Below the pieces are notes generated by a model. It was given only the letters and a program-made list of their open reading frames with translations. It made no database searches and was not told the DNA's origin. Positions 36,506 through 50,300 of a stretch of DNA of 64,000 nt are shown one piece after another. How positions within the stretch are numbered: position 1 is the first letter of the stretch; each line of letters starts with the position of its first letter. A program made the position numbers and the translations under genes. This DNA is from Leucoraja ocellata (Eukaryota), in contig JAWMAR010000825.1 of the NCBI GenBank assembly GCA_036785375.1, positions 248,001 through 312,000 on the forward strand, written 5' to 3'.

Positions 36506-39214
36506 CTACCTGGTTAATCCTTTCGTTTTGACTAATGACATGAAAATGGAGAACCTTGACGGAAATAAACAAATTCAATCATTAAATAATCCAGTAAAAT
36601 ACGAGTTATTACCAGAATTTGTAAATTACCATTATGTTGGTAATTTATCCGTTTTAAGGTCTTATACATTACAATTTTGAAATCATACTAGTTATGGTGT
36701 GGAAAGATGCCTGGAAAATGGGGTGTTGAAAATATTTGGTTCCTGTAAAATAGGTTAATGAGATAATCGCTGACCAGTTCAGTCCAATATTAATGGGTGG
36801 TGGGGGAAGGAAGAAACTTTCTACCTAGGAGATACGGTAGAAACTGCAGATGCTGCAATCTTGAAAACATGAAGAGCCGGAAGAACTCGGGTCAGGCAGT
36901 ATCCTTCGATGAATGGACAGGCAATGTTTAGTGGGGGGTGGGAACCCTTCTTCATGCTGTCTGACCCGTTGAGCTCTTGTGGTACTAGATGTTTTGTTCA
37001 AACTTTCTACCTCATTAAATAGTTAGAATAAAAAATGATTAATGATTGAGGTAATGTAATTAATAATATGTTATTTTTTCTAATCCTGTCTACTTGGAAT
37101 GAAGGACTTCATTTATGCATTGTACCTCGAGAAATAGGGGCTACTCTGGAAAATACACTGGGGATTTAATCCAGAGTAACGTTTGTTGAGTAAATGGTTA
37201 AGTAATCATTGACATTGGTTGGGTTTTAGTAAGCAGAATACATAGGTTTTATATAAATTACAACACAGTCAGTTGGGATTTTTTAAGTGCAGTAAATTAC
37301 TATCTATAATGCATTGCCCAAAATGATGTTGGAGGTAATTGCCAATTAATAGATTTAACTTTATTTAACAATTATGGTGTTAATTACTTTATACAAGCTG
37401 AATTTGTTTTAAGATACATCATTTAATTGCACACCGTTTTCAAAGTAGTGAATTATACTTTCACTCTTAAAACGATACTGTCAGAAAGCAGGCTGGCCTT
37501 TCAGACCTCATCACTCACAACATGCTATGCTGTTTGGAGCAGCCACGGCATGAAACCTCAAGGTTATTGTCAGCTGCAGAAGGTAATATTGCAAGCAGCA
37601 GAACACACCTGCATGGGCTAGGTCAAAAAGCAATTTGGCCCAATAATGTGTTTCTATCCACAAAAAGCAGGATTGAAAAACTGAATGCCTTCCATCTATT
37701 TCTGTTTCTAAATTACTTTTAAAACGAGTTATAAATTTGAAATTATACTTAATTTATCATTAGAGTACACTAATGTCACAACACTGGAGGGTGATCAGCC
37801 CATTGTGTCTACGTCTGTAGACAAATTTCTCAGCCTAATCCCATAATGGGATACTGAATCATTTGCCACGTAGATCACTTTTCTTCAACTTCCCAAATCC
37901 AAGTGCTTCTTAAATGTGATAAACAGTTTCACTACCACCGTTTGAAGGAGTTAACTCTAAACTCTCACTATTGGTTGGAATAAATCTCTTCCCAAAATCA
38001 TCTCACAAATCCTTATATAGTTTACTTATAATTTTGCTCGTTAGTTTTTGATCCTTCTGCAAAGGAAAATAGCCCTCCTTACAATATCTGGATCCCCTTG
38101 TGATTTTACAAAAGTCAATAAAATTTGTCCTCAGCCTTCTCTCTTCCAAAAAAAACCTCTGCCTTTCCAATGTTTCCTCAAAGCTGAAAAGTCCTGGAAA
38201 ATCTGCACAACACATTGTGCAACCATTTTATTGACCTCCCCTGCAACCTCTAAATGTCTGCGGACTTGCACATCTATCAGTGCCCCAAATACATTTAATA
38301 TGCACTGCTTTGTTGCATCTCACACTTTTCGGGATCAGTCCAAATATATTTTCCGGGAGTTAAAGGCTTTCCTCCTGTCAGCCACTTAACCAATTTTTAT
38401 CATTTGGAAGCTTTCTAATCCTCTACTTTGTTTAGAACATTAATACATTATTAAAAAGAACCAATTGAGCCCTGTCAAAACCCTTCCCTGTTACAAAAAC
38501 ACCCTTCACCTACTATTTCCTTCCACTGTGCTATTATCTGTTCAAATTTGTCACTCCCCCTTGGACATTATGAGCACTTATTCCTTTCATTGGCCCGCAA
38601 GCAGAGCCTTGTTAAAACCTTTGCCAAATTCCATGTTGATTTATTTCCACTTTCATCGACACTTACCTCCTTAGAAAATACTCTCAAGTTATTTACAATA
38701 CCTTCCCTAACAAATCTGTCCTGCTACTGGTTAATCTATGTCATTCTAAACTGAACATTTATATTGTCTGTCAGAATTAATTCTAGTTATTTGCTTAATT
38801 CTTAATAACTGGCATGTAATTACTTCATTATTTGGCAGCGCAGTCCTTTAGCACCTATCCTTTAGCACCATTCCGGTGGCCCAATCGGAGTAAAAATGTA
38901 AAAATTTACCAGTTTTGTATTCAAGGACCAACAGAATCCATATTCTTCCATTTACCAAATTCAAAATCATTTTATCATATGCACAGGATATGCAATTAAA
39001 AGCACACCCTGGCTTGTAAATTCATGGTTGTTTCATAACCTCCCTATCATCACATATAAACACCGACTAGAATCCCTCTTTAAATTCACCTGCTTTCCAA
39101 ATTCTCCTCAAAGACTTGACTTCTTTCATTTATCGTGTATGTTTTCCAATGTCTTAATTGAAAGCATAAGGTATATGTTTTCTGAAAGTTACAACTATTG
39201 AAAGAAAAGTCATA

Positions 39215-39700
39215 TGTGATAGCAGAATTAGGCCATTTGGCCCATTAAGTCTACTCCATCATTCAATTATGGCTGTTCTATCCCTCCCTCCTAACCCAAT
39301 TCTTCTGCCTTCTTCCCGCAACCCCTGACACCCGTACTAATCAAGAATCTTTCTGTGGTTACACAAAAAAGCTGGAGAAACTCAGCGGGTGCAGCAGCAT
39401 CTATGGAGCGAAGGAAATAGGAAATCTTTCTGTCTTGGCCGTAAAAATGTCCAGTGACTTGGCCTCCACAGTCCTCTGTTACAAAGAATTCCACAGATTC
39501 ACCATCCTCTGAAGAAATAAATTCCTCCTCATCTCCTTCCTAAAGGAATGCCCTTTTAATTCTGAGGCTATGACATCTAGACTTTCCCACTAGTGGAAAC
39601 ATGGACACTATCCAAGCCTTTCACTATTCGGTAAGTTTCAATGAGGTTTCCCCTCATTCTTCTAAACTCCAGCAGGTACAGGCCCAGTGCCATCAAATAC
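39215..39700 (-). mobile_element. CR1-like LINE 3' fragment with a nested short repeat
   Basis: Reverse complement of the 22400-22830 type sequence. Confidence 0.7.
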
Positions 39701-40089
39701 TCCTTGAAGGGTTCAAATTTATGTTAGTCCAGAGAAACAAGTTTCACATTCTGGGCTTTAAAAACAATAAATGACACATCAGACTGAAACTTGTCTAATT
39801 TTATTCATAGTTATAATAATCATAAGACCGTAGCCAGTAATGGTATTGTATCCTGTGAAGTGCAGTATCATTTGAAACAAACAAATTGGTACCTTGGTCT
39901 ACTTTATTTTCATTTGTATGTAATTATAAAGGGAAAGACTTTAAAGATTATTAAAATTACTTCCACATGAATAAGTCGTCTTACCAGATAATTTGTAAAT
40001 TTGCTAACAATCAGGTTGTCAGACGAGCAGTTAATTTCTGATTACCTATCCATAGGGTTATTAAGACTGCTCAGATCTTAACTGCGTTA

Positions 40090-40515
40090 ACAACCAGACT
40101 TACCCATCAACATCCATGCCAGTTCCTATTGGAGGCACAACGACCCCTACTAGCTGGAATATGAAGCATCACCAACACTTTCCATTGGATCTCCACGGTT
40201 TCCATTTACCCACCTTATCTCCCTTGGTTGTCCCATACTTGTCCTTCCTTTCCCATCAGATTTCATCATCTGCAGTCCCTGGTTACCTCCACCTATCACT
40301 TCCCAGCCTGTCGTTTTCACCCCACCAGACTCCATCCACCAATTCATCTTTCTCAATTGGACCCACCAATCATGTCAGCTCTTGCCCCACCTCATCACCT
40401 CTTTTTACTCGTTATCCCTCCACCCCTTGAGCCCAGATGCAGGGTCTCAACCCAAAACATTGATTGCCCACCACTCTGGCCTGTTGGGTTCCTTCAGCAG
40501 TTTGGTTTTGCTCCA
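40090..40515 (+). mobile_element. Degenerate Penelope-like 3' end
   Basis: Pyrimidine-rich UTR homologous to the reverse complement of 25760-25990, followed by agggtctcaacccaaaacatt. Confidence 0.5.
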
Positions 40516-41464
40516 ATTCTCGGCAAGCTTAACAATTTCTTCTCATTGTGATTGACTACCTTGCCTCCATCCTCTGCCAAATTTGAGTTTATTCAAAATT
40601 CTGTTGCCCATAACCTTCCAACACCCAAATCCTTTCCACCATCTACAAGACTCAAGTTAGTATGAGAGAACTCTTCACATGCCTGAATGACCACAGATCC
40701 AACAGCAATTGGGAAATGTAATGCTATCCAGGACAAATCAGTCCCTTGGATTAGACACCATCATTAAGACAGAATGGTGGCAAACTGTACTGCACTGGTT
40801 ACTCATTCAGGGCAATCTAATGGCAGCACAAGTTGATTTCCCTCCAAGTTGCATACCATCGTACTGTCATTCTTTCATCACCACTGGGCTTTAAACCAGT
40901 AAGTACCCCCCAAAGAACATTATTAGAGAACCAACAGCTGAGTTGTGGTGGCTACAGTGCTTTCCATGTGGTGACTTCCTCACCGTCTCCTCACATCCCC
41001 ATAAACTAACAAAGAAGCTCATGTGTTTCACTGATTTTGAAATGTCTCAAGGACACTAAAGGTACTAAATTAATTCAAATTCACTTCTAAAGAGTTTGAA
41101 AGTCTGCACATCCATTCATTTAGTTTACTTTAACAATACACTCTTCTAACCTCAAAGAATTCTTTCAAAATCGGCAGACAAAATTTGTCTTTTATAAACT
41201 CGTTCTGGCCTTCTTTGGTTAATCTATTTTTTCTAAGTAGCAAACATATCGTACATTTTGATGGATAAAATACCTTTTTACGATTACGTAATTTTCAAAC
41301 ATATTTTCACACCTTCTCAGGATTACAAGAATCCCAGAACAATATAATGTACAAAACTTGATTTTCAAGACAACACAATGAACAAATGCTTAGATTTTAG
41401 AAATGTCCTCAGTGTCTTGCAAAACACACCATCCAAGAGCAAATCAGATGAAGTTGTGAACCTG

Positions 41465-41497
41465 TTTGCCACCTGGTGACTACCTGGTGAATTGCAG
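41465..41497 (-). promoter_or_regulatory. Candidate CTCF site (core plus upstream module)
   Basis: Minus strand: CTGCAATTCA-CCAGG-TAGTCACCAGGTGGCAA. Confidence 0.55.
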
Positions 41498-42234
41498 TAT
41501 ATTCAGAGGAGTAACTGATTTTTCTGCCTTAAAATCCATCGGTTATTATTTTCTGAATGTGTTTAGGTTTCAATAATTTTGATGCCCATGTTGACATAAT
41601 GTCAAAACGTTCAGTGACAGAAAACATTCTATGTTTTTAACCAAAGTACAAAGAGGGAGAGTTAATCATAGCAGGTGCAGGAGAGGAATAAAGTAAATAA
41701 TAGAGTAAATGATAAAATATATATGAAAAATAAATTAACATCTAACAATTCATAACTAGATGGAATGAGATCCCATGCATATAACCGTCCACATCCTGAC
41801 TAATAATGGTGATGTTAACAAATAACTCATTGTTAAACAGGCATACCCTGTAACTGAACTCCATCAGTTTTATGGGCACAGAATTAGCAAGGAGAGGTGC
41901 TTTATTCACAAAATTAACATTAGAGATACTCAAAATTTGAGCAATTTATTTAAGTTTTTTCCCCTCATTTTAAACTACCCTGTTGATAAAGTGCACCGAT
42001 AAGTGTTGTTTAGATGTCCCCAAAATGGCCAATTACACATCAGGAGGGAGAATGTGGAGTGACAGCATTTTTTTATTGCTGGTGCAATTTTAAAGCACTA
42101 TCAAATTGCTGTTGATAGTTTCTTGTTTCACTGCATGCAAAACATTCTAATACACAATAACGGAACATGTTTAAGAGGTGCAAATAATTATAAATTGATA
42201 AATTCCCAGAAGATTTATACTTTGTATTTACTGT

Positions 42235-43200
42235 CATAGTGGAATGCCTGGGCTGAACATGATTCGAAGTTAAACTAATCTCTGCCGTCTCCACGTGATC
42301 CATACCCCTCCATTCCCTGCACATCCATGTGCTACGTAAGTGCTGCCATTGTATCTGCTACCAGCACCAACAGCCTCGGACCCTCGGAGATAGACCCTCA
42401 GACTATCTTTAATCGGACTTTCTCTTGCACTAAATGTTATTCCCTTTATCATGTATCTGTACAACCGTGGATGGCTTAATTATAATCATGTATTGCCTTT
42501 CCACTGACTAGTTAGCATGCCGCAAATGCTTTTTCACTGTACCTCGGTCCTTATGATAATAAACTAAACAACAGCATCTTCTAGACACCACCCACTCTCT
42601 GTGTGAACAAATTGACTGTCCACCCTAACTATGCCTCCCATAATTTTAAATACTTCCATCAATTTGTCCAACCTCTCCTTATAGCCAACATCCTCCAATT
42701 CAGGCAGCATTCTGGGAAGCCTCTTCTGCACATTCCACAAAACCTACACATCCTTCCTGTAACAGGCAATCATAACTGCACACACTGTTCCAAATGCAGC
42801 TTAACTTAAGTTTTATAAAGTTACAACATGATTCTCTGACCCTAATACTCAATGCTCAACCAGTGAAGGCAAACATATCATATGCTACGTTTACTACTAT
42901 CTACTAGTGTTATCATTTTCAGGGAGCTATGGATTTAGACCCCAAGATCTCTCTATACATCAATGATGTTAAGGGACTTGGCATTATCTGTATACTTTCC
43001 CTTTTCATTTGATCTCCCAAAGTGGAACCCATCATACTTGCTCGGATTAAACTCCATCTGAACATTTATTCGCCTAGATCTGTCACTGATCAAATTCCTG
43101 TTCTATCCTTTGACAGCCTTCCTCACCGTCTGCAACTCCACCAACTTTGGTGCCATCTGCAAATTTACTACCCAATCCATCTCTATTATGTTTGTCGTTC
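42235..43200 (-). mobile_element. CR1-like LINE fragment with a nested short insertion
   Basis: ttggtgccatctgcaaattta (KFADGTK on the minus strand) and CR1 3' UTR. Confidence 0.65.
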
Positions 43201-43616
43201 ATGTATAATCAACCCCACATCAGTTTCAAAAGTACATTTCTGTAACCACTCAAACCTTGTTCTCTCTAGGTCTTGAAAAACAAGAGGAATATAAATTTCA
43301 GAGTCAAAGAGCCCTTGGAACCACATATAAGCCCAATGATGCAGTGTGCCAATAAAAAGGGAAAGGAAACAAAATAAATCAGACCATCAAGGTAAATGCC
43401 CCTTAAATAAATCCTGAACATGGTACATTTGTAATTTACAATTTTTTAAATTGTCTATTGGAGTCTTCACAACTTACGATAATTTAAGTTCAATTTTGAT
43501 GCACCCATTGGGTGGAAGCAATTCTAGTAAGTTTACAAATATTATTTTTAGTGTCAAATATTAGATGGAGTAAGATACTTAATTCAATACTTAAAGATTG
43601 TTACCAAATTCCATAA

Positions 43617-44136
43617 AGGGGCTGTCCCACTGCGGCGACCTAATTGGCAAGTTTAGAAGAGTTTAGGAGAGTTTGAAAAAATGTCATGTTGAAGACCTCC
43701 TTCGACTATGTTGAAGACTAGCTTCGGGAAAATTGGACACCGAATAGTGGAGAGTGAAGACAACCTCCTTCGATCTCCTTCGACTATGTTGAAGATTATC
43801 TACGACTTCCTTCGACTACCTTAGATTACCTTCGACTACCCTCGATTACCTACGAATAACATGCCGACCTACTACGACCTACTTCGAATAAACCTACGAG
43901 TAAAAAAAGTATCAAATTTTTCCATGGCGACCTTTTTTTTACTTGCGGTCATTTTTCAACATGTTGAAAAATACGCTGCAACCTAGCTGAGGCCTCGAGT
44001 ACGCGGGGACTACTCTCGAGCATGAAGGAGAGTTACAAAGACCTCCTGGGACCTCGTGTCGACCATGCTGCGAGTATGAGTCGAGGGCAAACTCGCCAGA
44101 ACTCGCGGATTAGGTCGCCGCAGTGGGACAGCCCCT
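43617..44136. mobile_element. PIF/Harbinger-like MITE, intact
   Basis: Perfect 28-bp TIRs aggggctgtcccactgcggcgacctaat; TAA duplication at 43614-43616 and 44137-44139; internal ccttcgacta repeats. Confidence 0.92.
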
Positions 44137-46499
44137 TAAGAAAGGCAATGGAATCACTATTTTACATAGCTGATCTTGCATGCAGAAAATTCAGTAATTA
44201 ACTTTCATATTCATTGCAGAATTAAAATCAAATTTTACTGCACTTTGTACGAAAATTGAGTTTCATTTAATAATCAAGTGAAGTGCAAGGTCCTGTAGGA
44301 TTCCATTTTAAATGTTTCCATGTTTCCAGTGTTTAATTATATTCTGTCATGTTCATAAAAAGCGGCATTTCAGAACTGCCAATTAAGTCTGGTTTTAACA
44401 ACAGCTGCTGTAAATTCTTTATAAAATGGAAGCAGTTTCCTTAAATCTCTGACATATGAACCATTCTTCTGCCTCATAAGCTGTGGCAGGCAATGCTTTG
44501 AGTTCTCTGTAGTTAGACTGAACATACATCATCTGATTTTTAGCTCACAATAACTGAATTTCTAGTTCTTGTGCCCTTGAAGAACACCGAACGGTTCTAC
44601 GACTGGATACATCTTTGTCAGAGCAATTATTTATAAACCTATAGGATAAAGCTGTGCTGTTTGAACTAATAGTTCTCAACCTAGAAGAGGGCAGATACAT
44701 TAGAGAACACAAGTACATCACACTAATGTGTTACTAAATTACAACTTTATCTGGCAAAAGATTACAACCGAGTGAAAAGATAATGAAAATAGGATACAAT
44801 ATTTTATACAATTTTGAACATTCGTGAAGCACCATTCATGCATTTAGCAGTTTTGTTTGGCTCTTTAGAATTAAAAAGATTGATGAGGTTAATTATTCTT
44901 CACTTTTAATTATTTAACATAGTAAATCACAAAATGCACAAATACTCACATTTTCTTGATCCATAATGATGCAGCTCATGCACAAGCATGAGAAATGAGC
45001 CACCTCTGTGACTTTCTGTCAAAAAAAAGTTAACCACAGAATTTTCACACCACATGAGATGTTGTTACGAATAGCGAGCCAGGCTAATTCCCTTAAGTAT
45101 TTATTGCACAAAGCATACCTCAACGTTTGTAAGGATCAAAGTTTTCACAATGCACCAGTTAAGTTTTACTAATGAGCAATCTGGACCCACCAAAGACTCC
45201 ATTAATACAGAACCCATTGTGGTATTACAAACATAGGAGATCTTCTACAATCCAGTTTATTGTCATTTTACAATGATCCTGTAGAACTAAAGTTTTCATT
45301 CTTGATGCTCAAAGAACAAAATGAGTAGTTCTCAATTCTCACATTAGCTGTTTTGCCATTTCATCTGTGTAAGCAAATTGTCTGATGGGTATATGAGCCT
45401 CTATTTTGTAGATAAAATAAATAGTTTAAAGTCTTACGTTAATTTCCTTGGGTTACGACTTCCGGAAGAAGTCATATGGGAAGTAGAATGCATTAGTTAA
45501 GAGTTTTAACTATTTTGATTTGGACATATTTCAATCCATCGTGTATACATAATATTCCCTGTGGGCTGATACTCAACAAGGCACGTTACATATTGAAAAA
45601 AGTGAATAACAGTCCATTCGCCACCATGAATAACTTATGCCATTGATGAATCAATATGACCGTTACATCTTGTCTTTGTACTAATGAACCATTGCCAATA
45701 CACAATTTGGCAGTTAAGTGCAGCAGCTTCATTCAGAGCAGAACCACTGATCATGCACAAATCCGAAAGCAGGGAAATAAAATCCACCCAGCATTTATTA
45801 CCAGCCTAGAACAGTTTTTAATTCAAGTTATACAGTTATTTAATGGCATCTCAAGTCTGGAACATTATCTTCATAAGCATTCCAATAGCCACTTGCATTG
45901 AAGCAAGTTTCAAAATCATAACTGATCCATGTTAAGCTTGGCTTTTCAAAACCAATTTTCAAATAAATGCACAAACTGGTACAAGTAAAATCTAGCATTA
46001 ATCTACGAGTCGCTGTTTCAAATCAAACTAGTAACTCATGAGATTAACCAGAAAAGTTTAAGGAAAGTGCTGTTTTACATGGTAATATCCTCGATTTGCT
46101 GTATGTAAAAATCAAGGCAGCAGTTTCTGAGAAAGTTTGCATTTCTGCATGGGAATTGTAATCCTTTATTTCAGAGACTCTGACCTCCTAGGTTTTTCAT
46201 TTCTTTCATAAGATCCAACAGCTCTCAGATCACAGGTAGAAAGTTTGTAAGGAGAAGGGATCCTCATTCGTGCAGCATGTTTTAAAAAAAACAAACTTGT
46301 CATAATCCAATGACTGACCCGTGTCAGCCAGCCATTCGACACGACTTCTGCCACAATTATTAGCATTGCATCCACTGCACTATATATTACAATGAGGTAA
46401 CAGAGTACAAACTGATGTGCAACCGGTCTTGTGATAATTAATTTTCAGATAAACAGCAGTTTTTTTTTTTAGTTTTTTTTTTAACTTGCACGGTTTGTT

Positions 46500-47216
46500 T
46501 TTATTTAGTTTTGAAAGTGAAAAGATAGTAATGAGTCTTTTTTTTAAATATTTCTCTTTATGTATTTACAAGCTTTTGAGTAGGTCTATAGTTTGAAAGT
46601 ATTACAAGCACTTCCTCGGTTGAATTTTTGTTTTGTACAAGTTCTCCATATTCTGCAGTTCATAATGAATGGGCTTGGAAATTCGGGGAGCATCATCTTC
46701 CAGTTGAATGTTATGTACATTTCTAGAGCAAGCTGAAGCAGGCAGGAAGGATTACTGGTACATATTACTACTTTCAGCCATTATTGTTACCACCCCCCAC
46801 CCTAACCACATACTAAACTTTGATACCCTATATTTGTTTGAAATGACCAAGAGTTTGGGTTTTGTTTTCGCTATGTTACATTCTGTTTACAGTAACTGCA
46901 AACTCAAATTACATCACTGTTGCAGTTCTAAAAATAAATTAAAGTGTTCAATTTTTTTATTTTTTTTGCTGCACAGAAAAAATGGAACCATATGTCCTTT
47001 TAAAAATAACAAAAAAGCGTAAAATTTAAAACAAAAATATTTTCTATAAATAATACATTTCTTTTAGTGCTCCCACCCATGGTTCTTTAACATCACCGCG
47101 GCTTTTCTTTACGTGCGTGTACCATAATTTTCATCATGATCGCTGACTGTATATCCGTGCATATTTGTTGCGATGATTGGCCTTTGTGCACTTTGATTGG
47201 CGAAGACTTTTTTGTT
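46500..47216 (-). other. EIF4G3 3' UTR (minimum extent; may run to ~44200)
   Basis: AT-rich, repeat-free sequence after the stop; AATAAA on the minus strand at 46956-46961 and 46500-46505. Confidence 0.55.
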
Positions 47217-47398
47217 TTAATTATCTTCCGATTCCTCCTCTGCTTCTCTTAGCCATGTAAAAAAAGCCGTAACAGATTTTAGCGCTACCCCCTTGCCACT
47301 CTGTTCTGCTGGGTCTTTGCTACATTCCCATTTGTAGAATGCATCTTCAGATATAACATCCTCATCGTACAAAGTGTCAAAGAACATCCTTAACAAAT
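47217..47398 (-). CDS. EIF4G3: EIF4G3 last coding exon (W2 domain)
   Basis: aaacag|AT TTG TTA AGG; [59 protein letters not shown] then TAA. Confidence 0.96.
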
Positions 47399-50300
47399 CT
47401 GTTTGAAATAGTAAAAATGGAAAAGGAATACAGCATGTTAGTATATCATAGCACTGAGAAAAGCAATTTGTCTATATAATGGGGAAATTTGATGAAATCA
47501 TAGCTTTTTTCTCTCGCAAAAAGCTAATGATTCCATATACCACTCCAGTTATGTTTGAATATATACATGCAAGTTTTAAGTTTGGAAAAACGGCAGAAAG
47601 AAATGCGAGTAAAGATCCATAATTTTAGAGTAGATACATGGAATTGGGAGTACCATTCATTCAAATGCTATTCAATTAAAAAAAACACATTTTAACCATT
47701 GAGGATATTAAATACTATCATCTACAACCATTCCATTTAGATGTTATAACACAACAGTCAAGAATAGAGAAATGTGACCAATGTCCTCGCAATCACTCAA
47801 GAACATGTGGATCAAAGCCAACATGAATACACACTCTTAAACTGAGACGGACTCACTTAGCAGGGACTCTTATAATGTATGAGACACAAGATTATTTGTC
47901 ATAGGCACATGATGGAACAATGAGATTCTTGCTGCAGCTTTACTGACACATTAGACCCATAAATAAAAACAATAAATCATCATTTATTTAAGTAAACTAG
48001 ATCACAATAGCACAAAAAACAAAGTACGGAAAGCAACCATGGTAGTGCAAAGTCCGCAGTAGTTCAGTTGTGCTGGGTGATTCAAGAACCTGGCGAATGA
48101 TGGAAGGAAGCTGTTCTTGAACCTGGAGATAACAGTACCTTCTTCCTGATGGTAACATCGAGAAGAAAGTATGGCCAGGGTGATGCAGATCTTTGATATT
48201 AGCTGCTTTCTTGAGGCAGTGCTTCATGTAGCTTCCTTCGATGGTGGGGAACCCATGATAGACCAGGCAATGTCCACCACTTTATGCACTCTCCTACGTT
48301 CCCGAGTGTTTAAATTGCTGAACCGGGCCACGATGCAACCAGTCAGTACGCTTTCCATCGTACACTTCTAGAAGTGCGATAGAGTATTTGGTGACATTCA
48401 GAATCTCCTCAAACCTTTGAGGAACCAGCGGTGTTGGTGAGCTCTCTGTGTGACTCTTAGTTAACAGAGCTCAATACGACAAGGTATAAAAAGACAATGT
48501 GTCTTTTTGTGTAATAACCAGCATTTGCAGCTCCTTATTTTTATTCTATAGAATGACCAGGTCTTGCTGATTTCACTGGCCCAAAAACATTCCGGGGCAT
48601 TGGCAGGATGTCAGTAGCCACAGAGCCTTCAGTCATAACCTCAAACCACCCTGAAACCTGGGCAGCTAATACCACCGTGACTGCAAAACGCTGTAAGCTT
48701 ACTTTTAATAGTTTATATGTTTGTAATATTTGGAAATGTTTAAAATGATTAAAATTGAAATAAATGAAAATAATTCCTTTCAAATGAAAATCAACTAATA
48801 AAACTAAATTCAAAATAATTAAAAAAATTAACTTGACGTTCCCTTAGCTTCCTATGCCGAAGTATTAAAAATACTCATTGTAATCAATGGATTCTTTGCC
48901 AGATCCAGTCTGACAAATGATCCAACAGGAAACATCTCTGAAATTCTGGGCTGCGCTTGTGGACTCTATTGGGGATCTGGCTCAACCTGTTCATCTGATG
49001 GTACTGTGGAACACTAAACATACATGACTAATTTAATTCAATACTATGACAGCAATTAAATATTTTATAACCATTATATACAGAATTGGTCCAGAGATTT
49101 GTATATTTATAAATAACGATCTAAAGGTTGCCATGTGAACTAGAATAGAAGCAGGATAAAATTAAATAGCCTTCTGTGAACATTTTAAAGCAAAGTATTT
49201 CATGCTATTGCTGATGTGTGAGAGCAAAGAAAGGGAGACAGAGAGAGACAGAGAGAGGGACGGACACAGAGAGAGACAGAGACGGAGAGAGGACGGAGGG
49301 AGAGACAGAGAGGGAGAGCTTACATTCAAATAAACTTTAGATAAAACGAATTGTAAAGAAGCTTGAACAATACTTACTAGGAGGTTGATCAAGTTTTACT
49401 ATTAATGCTTGTAGTGCATAAAGTGCTTGTAATTCTCTCTCAGGATCTGAATTAAGGTATTTGAGTAATAATCGCAATCTTTGCTGTATAATGTTTGCAT
49501 CTACACGACTTGGAGGTCCTTCTCCTAGACATTAAAAAACATTGGCAAGGAACTCACACAGAGAAGCAAGGAATATTTTTTTTGAAACAATGGTATTCTT
49601 TAACAACTTGGAGCAAAGTAGCTTCTTCAAAATGCACAGCACTTTTCAAACATATCAAAAGGACAGCATCCTGACCGTCTCCTGTGAGGAAGGCGGGATG
49701 GCAATGTTCAGGAGCACTGGATGACACAAGATGGTGTAAATTTATTAAAAAAGAAAAAAAAAGAAAGCATTTGCAAGGTTTAGGAAGCTAAAACAAGGAA
49801 TACAGAGGGAAGCAGAAAAAATATATAAACAGGGAATGAGGGGGTTGAAAGAAGCCATTAAATGTCCTTCGCAAGTAGGATTAAGGAGTGTTTCCGAGGC
49901 ATTTTATACATATATTAAACACGAGAGGGGAGCTTGGGAGAGGATGTGACCACTCAGGAACAAGGAACGGAACTTATGCCTGAAGCCAGAGATCTGAAGG
50001 GCAAGATATAACATAAGTACTTGTATCAGTATTCACCAAGGAGAAGGACATTGGGAGTGGCAAGACCAGGGAGGGGGGAGATATTGATATCAAGGTGGTG
50101 GTGGTATTGGGTCTCTTGCAGAACATTAAGCTAGATAAGTTCCCACGGCCTTTTTGAGAAAGTCAAAAGATTGCTGGGGCCTTGACCGAGATCTTTGTAA
50201 ACTCTTTCCCTACAAACAAGGTCCAAGAGGACTATAAAATTATCGATGTTGTTCTGCAGGGATCAGTGCTGGAACCTGTTGATTGTGTTCTTATTGATTT

